Assembly (NCBI GenBank): GCA_034666705.1
Contig: JAXDLH010000288.1
Span: forward strand, 7,432-71,431
Direction: 5' to 3'
Origin: Chloroflexota bacterium
Lineage (GTDB): Bacteria > Chloroflexota > UBA6077 > SHYK01
Length of the DNA stretch: 64,000 nt
A program made the translations under genes and the position numbers. This document shows positions 9,850 to 19,386 of this stretch, piece by piece (position 1 is the first letter of the stretch; every line of letters starts with the position of its first letter). The notes below the pieces were generated by a model. The model ran no database searches. It was not told the DNA's origin and saw only the letters and a program-made list of their open reading frames with translations.

Positions 9850-10254
9850 ATGGCCGGCCTCTGCAAAGCCACGATTATCGGGAATCTCGGCGGCGATCCG
9901 GAGATGCGCTACACACCGAACGGGCGGGCGTTTACAACGTTCAACGTCGCGTGCAATCGCACGTATACGACTCCCGAAGGCGAGCGCCGCGAGGAGACTG
10001 AGTGGTTCCGGGTGACCGCATGGGCCCGCCTGGCCGAGCTTTGCAGCCAGTTCCTGAGCAAGGGCCGCCGCGTGTATATCGAGGGGCGACTTTCGTCTCG
10101 CACCTGGGAAGGTGCGGACGGCCAGCGCCGTTTTAGCCTCGAGATCGCAGCGAGCGAGATGGTTCTGCTCGACTCGCGCCCACGCGGCGAATCCTCGGGC
10201 GAGGGCCACATGGGCATGGAAGAGCCGAGCGATCTGGATTCGATCCCCTTCTAG
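9850..10254 (+). CDS. ssb: single-stranded DNA-binding protein
   Basis: OB-fold SSB signature (IIGNLGGDPEMRYTPNG...WFRVTAWARLAE) and the acidic C-terminal DIPF tail. Confidence 0.9.
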   Translation: MAGLCKATIIGNLGGDPEMRYTPNGRAFTTFNVACNRTYTTPEGERREETEWFRVTAWARLAELCSQFLSKGRRVYIEGRLSSRTWEGADGQRRFSLEIAASEMVLLDSRPRGESSGEGHMGMEEPSDLDSIPF

Positions 10255-10290
10255 CACGCACCACACCACATACGCGAACCGAGGATTTGA

Positions 10291-10704
10291 ATGACAGAAG
10301 AGAACGTAGGTCGCCCAGCGCCCCCGATGGGCCCGGGCGGACCCGGCGGCCCAGGCGGGCCAATGGGTGGCGGGCCCGGTGGACCGGGGGGCCCGGGTGG
10401 CGGACCTGGAGGCCCGGGCGGTCGACCGCCGATGCGCCGTGGCGGAGGCCGCGGTCGCTACCCACCGCGTCGTCGCGTGTGCCAGTTCTGCGTCGATAAG
10501 ATCAAGCACGTCGATTACAAGGACGTGAGTCGGCTCCGCCGCTACCTCTCCGACCGTGCCAAGATCGAGCCGCGACGGAAGACCGGTACGTGCGCACACC
10601 ACCAGCGCCAACTCTCGGTGGCGCTCAAGCGAGCGCGCTTTATGGCGCTGCTGCCGTACACGGCGGAGCATATCCGGCAGAGCGGCATGGTAATGCGGGG
10701 CTAA
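10291..10704 (+). CDS. rpsR: 30S ribosomal protein S18 with Gly/Pro-rich N-terminal extension
   Basis: C-terminal core matches S18 ([60 protein letters not shown]). It is preceded by about 55 residues of GPGGPGG repeats. Confidence 0.85.
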   Translation: MTEENVGRPAPPMGPGGPGGPGGPMGGGPGGPGGPGGGPGGPGGRPPMRRGGGRGRYPPRRRVCQFCVDKIKHVDYKDVSRLRRYLSDRAKIEPRRKTGTCAHHQRQLSVALKRARFMALLPYTAEHIRQSGMVMRG

Positions 10705-10747
10705 CTCCCCGTACACTGCCGCAGCACATTACGTAAGTAGAACCGGG

Positions 10748-12166
10748 TTGGTAGTCCCACCCGGAGGATGGTTAGCTGTGTCTCGCGAGGGAATCGACAA
10801 CGTAGGACGCCGAGGACGACGCCCGGGCGATGCTGCTCAAGCATCGGCGGCGCGTCCGACGGCTCGTGCGCTTTCGCGCCGGGCGCGCGAGCAATTGCAG
10901 CGCCGCATTCTGTTCGCCAGCGCCGGCGCCGTGGGGCTGCTCGCGCTCTCGATCGTCGGCTTCGGCGCGGTCAAGGAGCTCCTCTGGTTCCCGGCGCAGC
11001 CCGTGGCGGTGGTGTTCGGGGACTCGATCACGCTCCGCGGCTATACCGACGCCCTCACAGATCAGATGCGTCAACTGCAGGCGCAGGTAGCGCAGGCGAG
11101 CAATAATGGCCAGAACCCGAATGCCATCAGCGGCTCGGTCGATAAGCTGATCAACGCCCAAGAGACGCTCCCCGAGGACGTGCTCGACCAGCAAATCGAA
11201 CAGTCGGTGATCGCGCACGAGGCGAAGGTGCGCGGGCTCAGCGTCCAGCCGTCGGACATCGACAACCGCGTCAATCAACTGCTCGCCGACCAACGGGCAG
11301 TGCTGAATGCGCCGACGCCCACGCCTACGTCGACGTTCACTCCACGACCGACCGCGACGGAGCTTCCCGAAGGGTTCGTACCAACGCCAACGGCCACACC
11401 GTCGCCAACTCAGGACCCGAACCTTCCGACCCCGGTGCCCAGCCCGACGGCGACGCTCGACCCGCTGACTCCAACGGTCACACGCACGCCGTTCCCAACT
11501 CGCGAGACGTCAACGCCGGTCACCACCGCTACGCCAGCACCGACGCTCCTGCCCGATGAGTTCCAGAAGGCGTACGACACGGTGAAATCGGCACTCAAGT
11601 CGGAATCGACCTATCGCGCCAGCGTGGCGCAGCAACTGCTCCGCGACAAGGTGAAGGACGCTCTCGGCGCCGACCTGCCAACCCATGGCCCTCGAGCGCA
11701 CGTGCTGCGGCTCGCCACCTCGACCAAGGACGAGGCGCGGGTGGCGATCATCCAGCTGGCGCAGGGCTTCCCGGTCGAGACCATTGCCGACGACGCGAAT
11801 GCCCACCCGGTTGAGGGGCGCACGAGCGGCGACCTTGGCTGGGTCGCGAAAGGCGCCGAATCGCCAGAGTTCGACGACATGGTGTTCTCATCGGATACGC
11901 CGCTCAACGATTGGACCGACCCGTTCCCGGTGGGCAATCACTTCGAGGTCATCAGCATCGTCGAACGGCAGGATGACGGCCCCTACGACGGTCTGAACAC
12001 GTCGAAGATGAAAGACCGCCGGTTCAATGAGTGGCTGGCGCAAGCGAAGCAGTCGACTGAGATCATTCGCGACCTCAGCCCGCAGGAGCGCCAGTGGGCC
12101 GTGGATCGTGCCTCAAAGGGCATCTTCAGCACGTCCAACGATACACGCGGCGGTGCGGCCCGCTAA
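10748..12166 (+). CDS. membrane-anchored PpiC-type (parvulin) peptidyl-prolyl cis-trans isomerase with Pro/Thr-rich linker
   Basis: C-terminal parvulin motif (GDLGWVAKGAESPEFDDMVF), an N-terminal transmembrane anchor and a long TPTPT linker. The exact start is uncertain. Confidence 0.6.
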   Translation: MVVPPGGWLAVSREGIDNVGRRGRRPGDAAQASAARPTARALSRRAREQLQRRILFASAGAVGLLALSIVGFGAVKELLWFPAQPVAVVFGDSITLRGYTDALTDQMRQLQAQVAQASNNGQNPNAISGSVDKLINAQETLPEDVLDQQIEQSVIAHEAKVRGLSVQPSDIDNRVNQLLADQRAVLNAPTPTPTSTFTPRPTATELPEGFVPTPTATPSPTQDPNLPTPVPSPTATLDPLTPTVTRTPFPTRETSTPVTTATPAPTLLPDEFQKAYDTVKSALKSESTYRASVAQQLLRDKVKDALGADLPTHGPRAHVLRLATSTKDEARVAIIQLAQGFPVETIADDANAHPVEGRTSGDLGWVAKGAESPEFDDMVFSSDTPLNDWTDPFPVGNHFEVISIVERQDDGPYDGLNTSKMKDRRFNEWLAQAKQSTEIIRDLSPQERQWAVDRASKGIFSTSNDTRGGAAR

Positions 12167-12189
12167 ACGGCAAGCCAGCCACACGAGGG

Positions 12190-12229
12190 CAAGGAAGGCC
12201 GGGACACCAACTGGTGTCCCGGCCTTCCT
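12190..12229. terminator. 18-bp perfect inverted repeat (AAGGAAGGCCGGGACACC-aact-GGTGTCCCGGCCTTCCTT) between the convergent peptidyl-prolyl isomerase gene and tRNA-Leu
   Basis: Perfect stem with a 4-nt loop read directly from the sequence. There is no strong U-tract on either side, so terminator function is an inference. Confidence 0.45.
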
Positions 12230-12335
12230 TGCGTACGCCATTCCTATTGAGCGTCTTGCAGGAGCAATGGCCGTGCAGGTCGATGCCCCTGGAGGGCAAC
12301 ACCGCATCAGCGATCGGCGCGCGTCAGCGTTTGGG

Positions 12336-12416
12336 TGCCGAGGGCGGGACTCGAACCCGCACGCCTTGCGGCCGCGCTTTTTAAGAGCGCTGCGTCTGCC
12401 ATTCCGCCACCCCGGC
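12336..12416 (-). tRNA. tRNA-Leu (anticodon UAA), type II with long variable arm
   Basis: The reverse complement reads GCCGGGGTGGCGGAATGGCAGACGC-A-GCGCT-CTTAAAA-AGCGC-(variable arm)-GCGGGTTCGAGTCCCGC-CCTCGGCA. The acceptor stem pairs (one G-U), the T-loop is GGTTCGAGTCC, and it closely resembles E. coli tRNA-Leu. CCA is not encoded. Confidence 0.8.
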
Positions 12417-12488
12417 ACGGGTGGTGTGCGTCGAGAAGCCCCGAGCGAGCGGTGTGATTATGCCCGAAGGGGAGACCCAGGCTCCGCG

Positions 12489-13268
12489 CTAGCGGTGTGG
12501 TGGTGGCGGTCGACGAGGTCCGCTGGGCGCACCCGTGCGATTCTCGTTCGGTGGGCGATGGTTGTTGTTGCCGCCACCGTCGTTGCGGCGGGGCGGACCG
12601 CTTGGCGTGCGCTGCTGCGGCGGGCGACCCGGCTGCCGGTTGCCGCCGTCGATGCGACCCCGGAAGCCTGTGTTCTGTTGTGGCTGCCGCTCCTGGCGCT
12701 CGCGGAACGCGGGCTGGCGCTCCTCACCCACGAGCGACCGATAGATGTGTGCCACCGTGCACATCTCCTCCAGCAGCGAGAGCACCCGCAGCGCGTCGGC
12801 GAGGTCCTCACCTCGGGCGAACACACCGTGGCCGCGCAACGCGACGACGCGCGTATCCCGGAGCGTGCGTGAGATGATCTGGGCGATGTCCGGCGAGGCG
12901 ATCGTGCGCTGCGAGATCAGCACCGGAACGCTGCCCAACGACTCCACACCCTCGTCCGCCGCTGGTGACAGCCGGTCCTCGATGAGTGAGAGCGCCATCG
13001 TGGACGGCGGGCGGGCGAAGATCACCGCATGGGCGTCCGTTTGCCGGTAAATCGCCTGGTGGACCAGCACCTCATCGGGCGCCGCATCAGGCACCGTATC
13101 TTCGATGCCGAACCCAAGCAGGTCCTCGGCGTCGAGATGGCCCAACATCGCGCCGCGGCGTGAGATGTGGACCTGCCCATCGTCGCGCACGCTCAGCGAG
13201 CCCGAGTGCGAGCTGACGAGGCCCGTCAGGTACATGTCGCGGCCAATCAACTGGAACGAGTCGATCAC
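12489..13268 (-). CDS. class II aldolase/adducin-family protein with disordered Arg/Pro/Gly-rich C-terminal tail
   Basis: The N-terminal roughly 190 aa (SHSGSLSVRDDGQVHISRRGA...) fit the class II aldolase fold. The last ~60-70 aa are low complexity (GGGNNNHRPPNENRTGAPSGPRRPPPPHR). Confidence 0.65.
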   Translation of the reverse strand: MIDSFQLIGRDMYLTGLVSSHSGSLSVRDDGQVHISRRGAMLGHLDAEDLLGFGIEDTVPDAAPDEVLVHQAIYRQTDAHAVIFARPPSTMALSLIEDRLSPAADEGVESLGSVPVLISQRTIASPDIAQIISRTLRDTRVVALRGHGVFARGEDLADALRVLSLLEEMCTVAHIYRSLVGEERQPAFRERQERQPQQNTGFRGRIDGGNRQPGRPPQQRTPSGPPRRNDGGGNNNHRPPNENRTGAPSGPRRPPPPHR

Positions 13269-13404
13269 GAAGACCTCCGGGACAGCAGTCCGGATGATGA
13301 CCGGAGCGGATACAGCAGTGCCGAAGCCCGCTCCGAGGTTGTGACGGTCTAGCGCGTAGGGCAGAACAACGTGCGTCGCGTACGTACCGATGCAAACGTT
13401 ATGG

Positions 13405-13725
13405 AAGGTTGCGCAGGAGGAGAGTAAGCCAGATTCTGTTCATGGCGACCATCTGTCTGTTCGATCCGTGAACCGAACTCCGCTCTGTGCGGATGCCCCG
13501 TACCCTGGCCTCGGCGAGCAGCGTCAACGGCCATGCTTCGGGTTGCAGCGGGGGGGATTACCCTTTTCACTCCCCGATCGAGGTCGAGGCCTTGGTCTCT
13601 GTGGCTCTAACCGCCGGTTACCCGGCCCCGGCTTACGCCAGGCACCCTGCTCTATGCTGTCTGGACTTTCCTCTCCGACGTGGTCGGAGCGGCCGCCCTT
13701 CCTCCCGCTTGGTGACCGACCCTTT
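13405..13725 (-). ncRNA. rnpB: RNase P RNA (bacterial type A-like)
   Basis: Reverse complement contains GGAGAGGAAAGTCCAGAC...ATAGAGCAGGGTGCCTGGCGTAAGCC...ACAGAATCTGGCTTAC. These correspond to the conserved GGAAAGTCCGGGC, AGGGCAGGGTGCC.GGTAACGCC and ACAGAA.CCGGCTTA blocks, and the P4 helix co-varies (GTCCAGA/TCTGGCT). The ends are approximate and were placed by P1 pairing (GCGGGAGGA/TCCTCCTGC). Confidence 0.7.
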
Positions 13726-13782
13726 TCGGGGACGGCCCACGGAGTATACCATGCCAATACATGACGATTTCAGGAGGAGAGG

Positions 13783-14286
13783 TTGTCCACTAACCTCGGG
13801 CCGCATCTCCCGGACGCGCTCGTCGACTTCTTTGCCGGCAACGATCTGCCCGCACGACTGGGCCACGCTTGCCTGCTAGTGACGCAAGGCGCCGATACCT
13901 TTCCGCATCCGGCGTTCGTAACTGCGGGCGAGCTCGTCGCCGGCGACCCGGACACGCTGCGGGTCGCCTTATACGCGAATTCGTCGGCGTCGCGAAACCT
14001 GCGCGAGCGTCCAGCCCTCGCGATCTGCCTCGCACTTGAGGAATGCGCATACTACGTCAAGGCGGAGGCTGAACCGTTCGAGCTGCACGACCCGGCGGTC
14101 GAAGGGCTCGCCGTCTTCACCATCCGGCCGCGCCACGTGCTGCGTGATGCAGAGGAAGGCGCTGAGGTCACGTCGGGCTTCCGGTATCGTGACCTTCGCG
14201 GGGACGAGGCAGTGCTCGCCCAGTGGCGGCCGATCGTGGCTGCGCTGCGGGATAGCTTCGCGCCGAGCGTGGGGACCACGCCTTGA
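13783..14286 (+). CDS. hypothetical protein, possibly PNPOx-like FMN/F420-binding split-barrel family
   Basis: 167-aa ORF with a TTG start preceded by AGGAGGAGAGG. It has weak resemblance to pyridoxamine-5'-phosphate-oxidase-like proteins. Confidence 0.35.
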   Translation: MSTNLGPHLPDALVDFFAGNDLPARLGHACLLVTQGADTFPHPAFVTAGELVAGDPDTLRVALYANSSASRNLRERPALAICLALEECAYYVKAEAEPFELHDPAVEGLAVFTIRPRHVLRDAEEGAEVTSGFRYRDLRGDEAVLAQWRPIVAALRDSFAPSVGTTP

Positions 14287-14342
14287 TGTCACTGGCGGCT
14301 GCATATTGCGCCGATCGGCACGGAGGGTACGACGAGACAGGC

Positions 14343-14351
14343 TGATATAAT
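14343..14351 (+). promoter_or_regulatory. extended -10 promoter element TGATATAAT upstream of guaB
   Basis: Perfect TGnTATAAT lying in an AT-rich pocket about 85 nt upstream of the guaB ATG. No clear -35 element. Confidence 0.4.
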
Positions 14352-14388
14352 CCTTCATGCAAGTAAGGTTTTTGAACGTTTCGTTTTG

Positions 14389-14422
14389 ACGCACGTGCCG
14401 CGCGGCACGTGCGTTTTGTTTT
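14389..14422 (+). terminator. intrinsic-terminator-like hairpin plus U-tract inside the guaB leader
   Basis: ACGCACGTGCCG-cg-CGGCACGTGCGT forms a perfect 12-bp GC-rich palindrome, followed immediately by TTTTGTTTT. It lies between the putative promoter and the guaB ribosome-binding site. Confidence 0.5.
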
Positions 14423-14424
14423 AA

Positions 14425-15909
<1,485 letters not shown>

Positions 15910-16174
15910 GAATACTCTTACCCTGACATCCCCGTCTTGAGCGGCGTTGAATCACCCCTCGATCAAACGGGGACTTGGGGTCACTTGCCTCGCGGCTCGC
16001 TAGCAGCGCAGACGAAACGCATTATCGTGAGGCTGCAGGTTCCTTAGCCGAAGGATCCGTAGCCCCCGGCTATTGGAGGCACGGATCCCACGGCTGCGGC
16101 CTCGAGGATGACGACGCAGTTGTCCGCCAACTGCGTCGTCGCGCGTACCTTCAGCGACGAGTGAGCGGCCGTCG

Positions 16175-17545
16175 CTAGCGAGCGGCGAGTGCGGCAGTGT
16201 CGGCAGGCGTGCCCACGATGCTCTGCAGGTAGTCAACCGCCACTCCGAGCGCGGCGTCATTCCCCGGGGCACCGGGCCGCCGGCCCGCCACCTCGAAGTC
16301 TGGCTGCACCCCGATGTGGTCCAGCGGCTGGCCGAGCCCTGAGTTCACGTGTACCGTGGTGATCTGCATTGCGGAGCCATCCGGCAGCGGGAACACCAGA
16401 CTGCCGGCGACCGCGCCCGCTGACGTCTGGCCGAAGACCGGCGCGGCGCCCGCTTCCTGCATCGCCGCCGCCAGGATCTCGCCCATCGATGCCGTATTGC
16501 CATCGACGAGCACTACGACCGGCTTCTCCCATGTTGGCGCGCCGATCGTGTGTACCGTCGTCGTCCGGCCCCGCCGCGTGGTCTGCTGAAGCAGCGGCGT
16601 GCCATCCGGCAGGAAGAGTGTGGCGATGCGCCCACCGATATCCACACGGCCGCCGGGATTCCCGCGCATATCGAGCACCATCGCGTCGAGACCCAGCACG
16701 TTGAAGCGATTGACCTGCGCCGCAACCTGCTCGTAGGCGGGCGGCCCCGTGAAGCCATTGAGTCGGACATAGCCCACGTTGTCGATAATCTTGGACTCGG
16801 TAATCGGGATCCGCACCACGCCGCGCTTGACAGAGATGTCGCGCGGGGCATCCCACCCTTCACGCAGCACCGTCAGGACGACGATGGTGTCGGCCTCGCC
16901 TCGGAGCTTCGCGCTGAGCTGCTCGGGTGCCAGCCCCGCTATTGGTGCGTGATCGACGGCGAGAAGCAGGTCGCCCTCTTCGAGGCCAGCAACCTCCGCC
17001 GGGCTGTCAGGGAATACGTGGCCAATCGCGAATGGATCACGCGTGAGCGAAGCGCCGATACCGACGTACCGCTGATTGCTCGAACTGAAATCCCTCTGAT
17101 CCCGGTACGCGCTCGGACTGAGGTAGTTGGTGTGCTGGTCGTCGGCGGCTGCGGCCATCGCGCGCATCGCCGCCTGCGACACGCTCGTGGGCGACAGGTT
17201 CGCATCGACGCTTTGATTGAACACTGCACAATACTGACCAGCGAACACATCCCAATCATCATCGGGAGACGCCGGCCAATTCGCAATCTGAATCGCCGCG
17301 TTGACCGTCTTCGACTCTTTTTGGATCTCCAGGTCCGCACCGGTACTGGCAGCACCCAACAACGTCGGCGCCGGCAGCGGGTCCACGAAATAGCGCGTCA
17401 GAAGATCGTATGCCTTCCCGATCGCCGTGAGGCTGTTGGCAGCGGCATCGTCCTGGCACTCGGTGGCCGCGCCAGCCTGAGTCGGCGGAAGGAGCAACGT
17501 GAGAGCGAAGAGGAGCGCGAACACTTTCTGCACGGGACTGTTCAC
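16175..17545 (-). CDS. ctpA: S41-family C-terminal processing peptidase with PDZ domain
   Basis: Signal peptide, PDZ region, and the S41 catalytic block (VLDMRGNPGG...LVDGNTASMGEILAAA). Confidence 0.8.
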   Translation of the reverse strand: MNSPVQKVFALLFALTLLLPPTQAGAATECQDDAAANSLTAIGKAYDLLTRYFVDPLPAPTLLGAASTGADLEIQKESKTVNAAIQIANWPASPDDDWDVFAGQYCAVFNQSVDANLSPTSVSQAAMRAMAAAADDQHTNYLSPSAYRDQRDFSSSNQRYVGIGASLTRDPFAIGHVFPDSPAEVAGLEEGDLLLAVDHAPIAGLAPEQLSAKLRGEADTIVVLTVLREGWDAPRDISVKRGVVRIPITESKIIDNVGYVRLNGFTGPPAYEQVAAQVNRFNVLGLDAMVLDMRGNPGGRVDIGGRIATLFLPDGTPLLQQTTRRGRTTTVHTIGAPTWEKPVVVLVDGNTASMGEILAAAMQEAGAAPVFGQTSAGAVAGSLVFPLPDGSAMQITTVHVNSGLGQPLDHIGVQPDFEVAGRRPGAPGNDAALGVAVDYLQSIVGTPADTAALAAR

Positions 17546-17605
17546 TCCCAGTAAGGATTAATGTCCAGGTAGCAGCTCGACCGGGTGCGGATATGATAGA
17601 CGATT

Positions 17606-18358
17606 GTGACAACCGTATCGTGGCGAAAGACGTTGCGCATAAGCGTAGTCATCGTGATCTTCGCACTTTCGGGTGCGCTCGCAGGGTATGGCTCTCTAAC
17701 GGTCAACGCGCAGGACTCTGCCACGGATCGTTCGCTCGTAGACGTGGCGCTGGATCCAGGCCACTCGACGTGGGATGTCGGCGCGGTGGGCGGCGAACTG
17801 CGTGAGTACGAGTTGACGCTCGACGTCGCCAATCGCGCGCGCGACAGGCTGACCGCCTGGGGCTATTCGGTTCGCATGACGCGCGAGGATTCGACGCGGG
17901 TCGCACCCACCGTGCCCTCGGATCCAACGGCGGCGGTAGCCACCGAGCAAATGGCGCGCATCGCCGCCGCCAGCCCTGCCAGGATATTCGTCTCGATCCA
18001 TTTCAATGGGTTCCCGGATGGGCGGTTACGAGGCACAGAGAGCTACTATGACGCCGAGAATCATGGCGTCGAGAGCTATCAGCTCGCCGCGGCGCTCCAG
18101 GGCGAGGTTCGGTCAGCGCTGGCGAACGCGGGATACGTCGCCGTCGACCGCGGCGTCCATCCGGATCTCGACGCTGGCAAGCCGTATGGCCACTTCTTCT
18201 CGCTGCGTGGCCCCTTCCCCAGCGCCCTGATCGAGAACCTGTTCCTCACCAACGAGCAGGACGCGACCGCCCTTCGCCAGAACGCCGTACGCGACGCGAT
18301 CGGGCTTGGGATCGCTAAGGGGATTGCCTCATACCTGGAATCCAGCTCGGCCGATTGA
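17606..18358 (+). CDS. N-acetylmuramoyl-L-alanine amidase (Amidase_3 family)
   Basis: N-terminal transmembrane/signal segment followed by the Amidase_3 signature (LDPGHSTWDVGA...FVSIHFNGF...ENLFLTNEQDA). Confidence 0.7.
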   Translation: MTTVSWRKTLRISVVIVIFALSGALAGYGSLTVNAQDSATDRSLVDVALDPGHSTWDVGAVGGELREYELTLDVANRARDRLTAWGYSVRMTREDSTRVAPTVPSDPTAAVATEQMARIAAASPARIFVSIHFNGFPDGRLRGTESYYDAENHGVESYQLAAALQGEVRSALANAGYVAVDRGVHPDLDAGKPYGHFFSLRGPFPSALIENLFLTNEQDATALRQNAVRDAIGLGIAKGIASYLESSSAD

Positions 18359-18425
18359 GCGCGCCTGCGTGATGACAGAATTCTAAGCATCAGGCGACGC
18401 TCCTACGCTACAGTGTGACCAATCT

Positions 18426-18743
18426 TTGCAGCGGAGTAGAAGGAAGATGGACCCCATCGAGGACGACGAAGAAGAACGCCTGATCTCGGTCGAGTTCACC
18501 CTGCTGTCAGGCGAGACGGTCACGTCCCGCGTAGTGCTCGATGAAGAAGCAACCGAGGAGAGCGTGCAACGCTACGCCGAACGCTTGATCCGCGAGATCG
18601 GCACCGAGACCGTCCGGACCTTTACTTACTGGTGGGAAGGGGAGTTCTACGTGGACGCCGTCCGCATGCACGAGGTCGCGGCGATCAGCGTATCCACGGT
18701 GGCGCTGGAAGAGGACGACGAGGACGAGGAGTGGGACCGGTAG
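18426..18743 (+). CDS. hypothetical acidic protein
   Basis: 105-aa ORF with Asp/Glu-rich termini and no family recognised. Confidence 0.3.
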   Translation: MQRSRRKMDPIEDDEEERLISVEFTLLSGETVTSRVVLDEEATEESVQRYAERLIREIGTETVRTFTYWWEGEFYVDAVRMHEVAAISVSTVALEEDDEDEEWDR

Positions 18744-18755
18744 GAGCCCCGCTCC

Positions 18756-19223
18756 TTACTCCTTCACGCGGACGATCATCACGGGACAGTGTCCCTGCCT
18801 GACCACGGCGTCGGTTACGCTGCCCAGCACAGCCCGGGCGATACCAGAGCGGCCGTGGCTCGCCATCGCGATCAATCCAATCTGGTGCGCGGTGGCGTAC
18901 TCGACAATCTGGACGGCGGGCTCGCCCTCCGCTACCGCGTAGAAGGCGTTCAGTCCTTGCGCTTTGAGCTGCCCGGCGAGGGTGGAGAGCCGTGTCTTTG
19001 CTTGCTGGGCCAGCGCCTCCTGACCCTCCTCGATGACCTCGACCGTTTCCACCATCGCCGCGGGGGTCTCTTCGACCGCGGAGTACACTAACGGACTCGG
19101 CGGCGGGATCGACTCGAAAAGATGCACTTCGGCGTTCAGCCGTCGGGCGAGCTCGGTCGCATAGGGGAGCACCTGCTCTGCAAAGGGCGAACCGTCGTGC
19201 GGGACGAGGATCCGGTCGTACAA
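18756..19223 (-). CDS. universal stress protein (UspA family)
   Basis: MYDRILVPHDGS...GLIAMASHGRSGIARAVLGSVTDAVVRQGHCPVMIV matches the Usp ATP-binding fold. Confidence 0.8.
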   Translation of the reverse strand: MYDRILVPHDGSPFAEQVLPYATELARRLNAEVHLFESIPPPSPLVYSAVEETPAAMVETVEVIEEGQEALAQQAKTRLSTLAGQLKAQGLNAFYAVAEGEPAVQIVEYATAHQIGLIAMASHGRSGIARAVLGSVTDAVVRQGHCPVMIVRVKE

Positions 19224-19386
19224 GGCGCATCTCCTTCCGCTCGATCACACTATACTTCGCGCGCCCCGTTCGCACCGCCGCCGGGCGCACACGCGTAAGA
19301 GGCGAGCCACGGCTTCCGCTTGCGAATGAAGATCTGCGTTTCTGGGCAGCATCCGGTGATTCTCATTTGCGCCGCGGGAGGGCCAC

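Noticed and set aside
9808-10716. 302-aa minus-strand ORF spanning rpsF-ssb-rpsR
   Set aside because: It is antisense to three strongly supported ribosomal/SSB genes. High GC keeps shadow frames open, and no family resemblance was seen.
12027-12872. 281-aa plus-strand ORF overlapping the tRNA-Leu and the aldolase gene
   Set aside because: It overlaps a clear tRNA on the other strand and a domain-bearing aldolase, and reads as an Arg/Ala-rich shadow frame.
14396-14412. CACGTG E-box-like palindromes as a distinct transcription-factor site
   Set aside because: They are simply the arms of the larger 12-bp terminator-like palindrome in the guaB leader. They are reported there rather than as a separate site.
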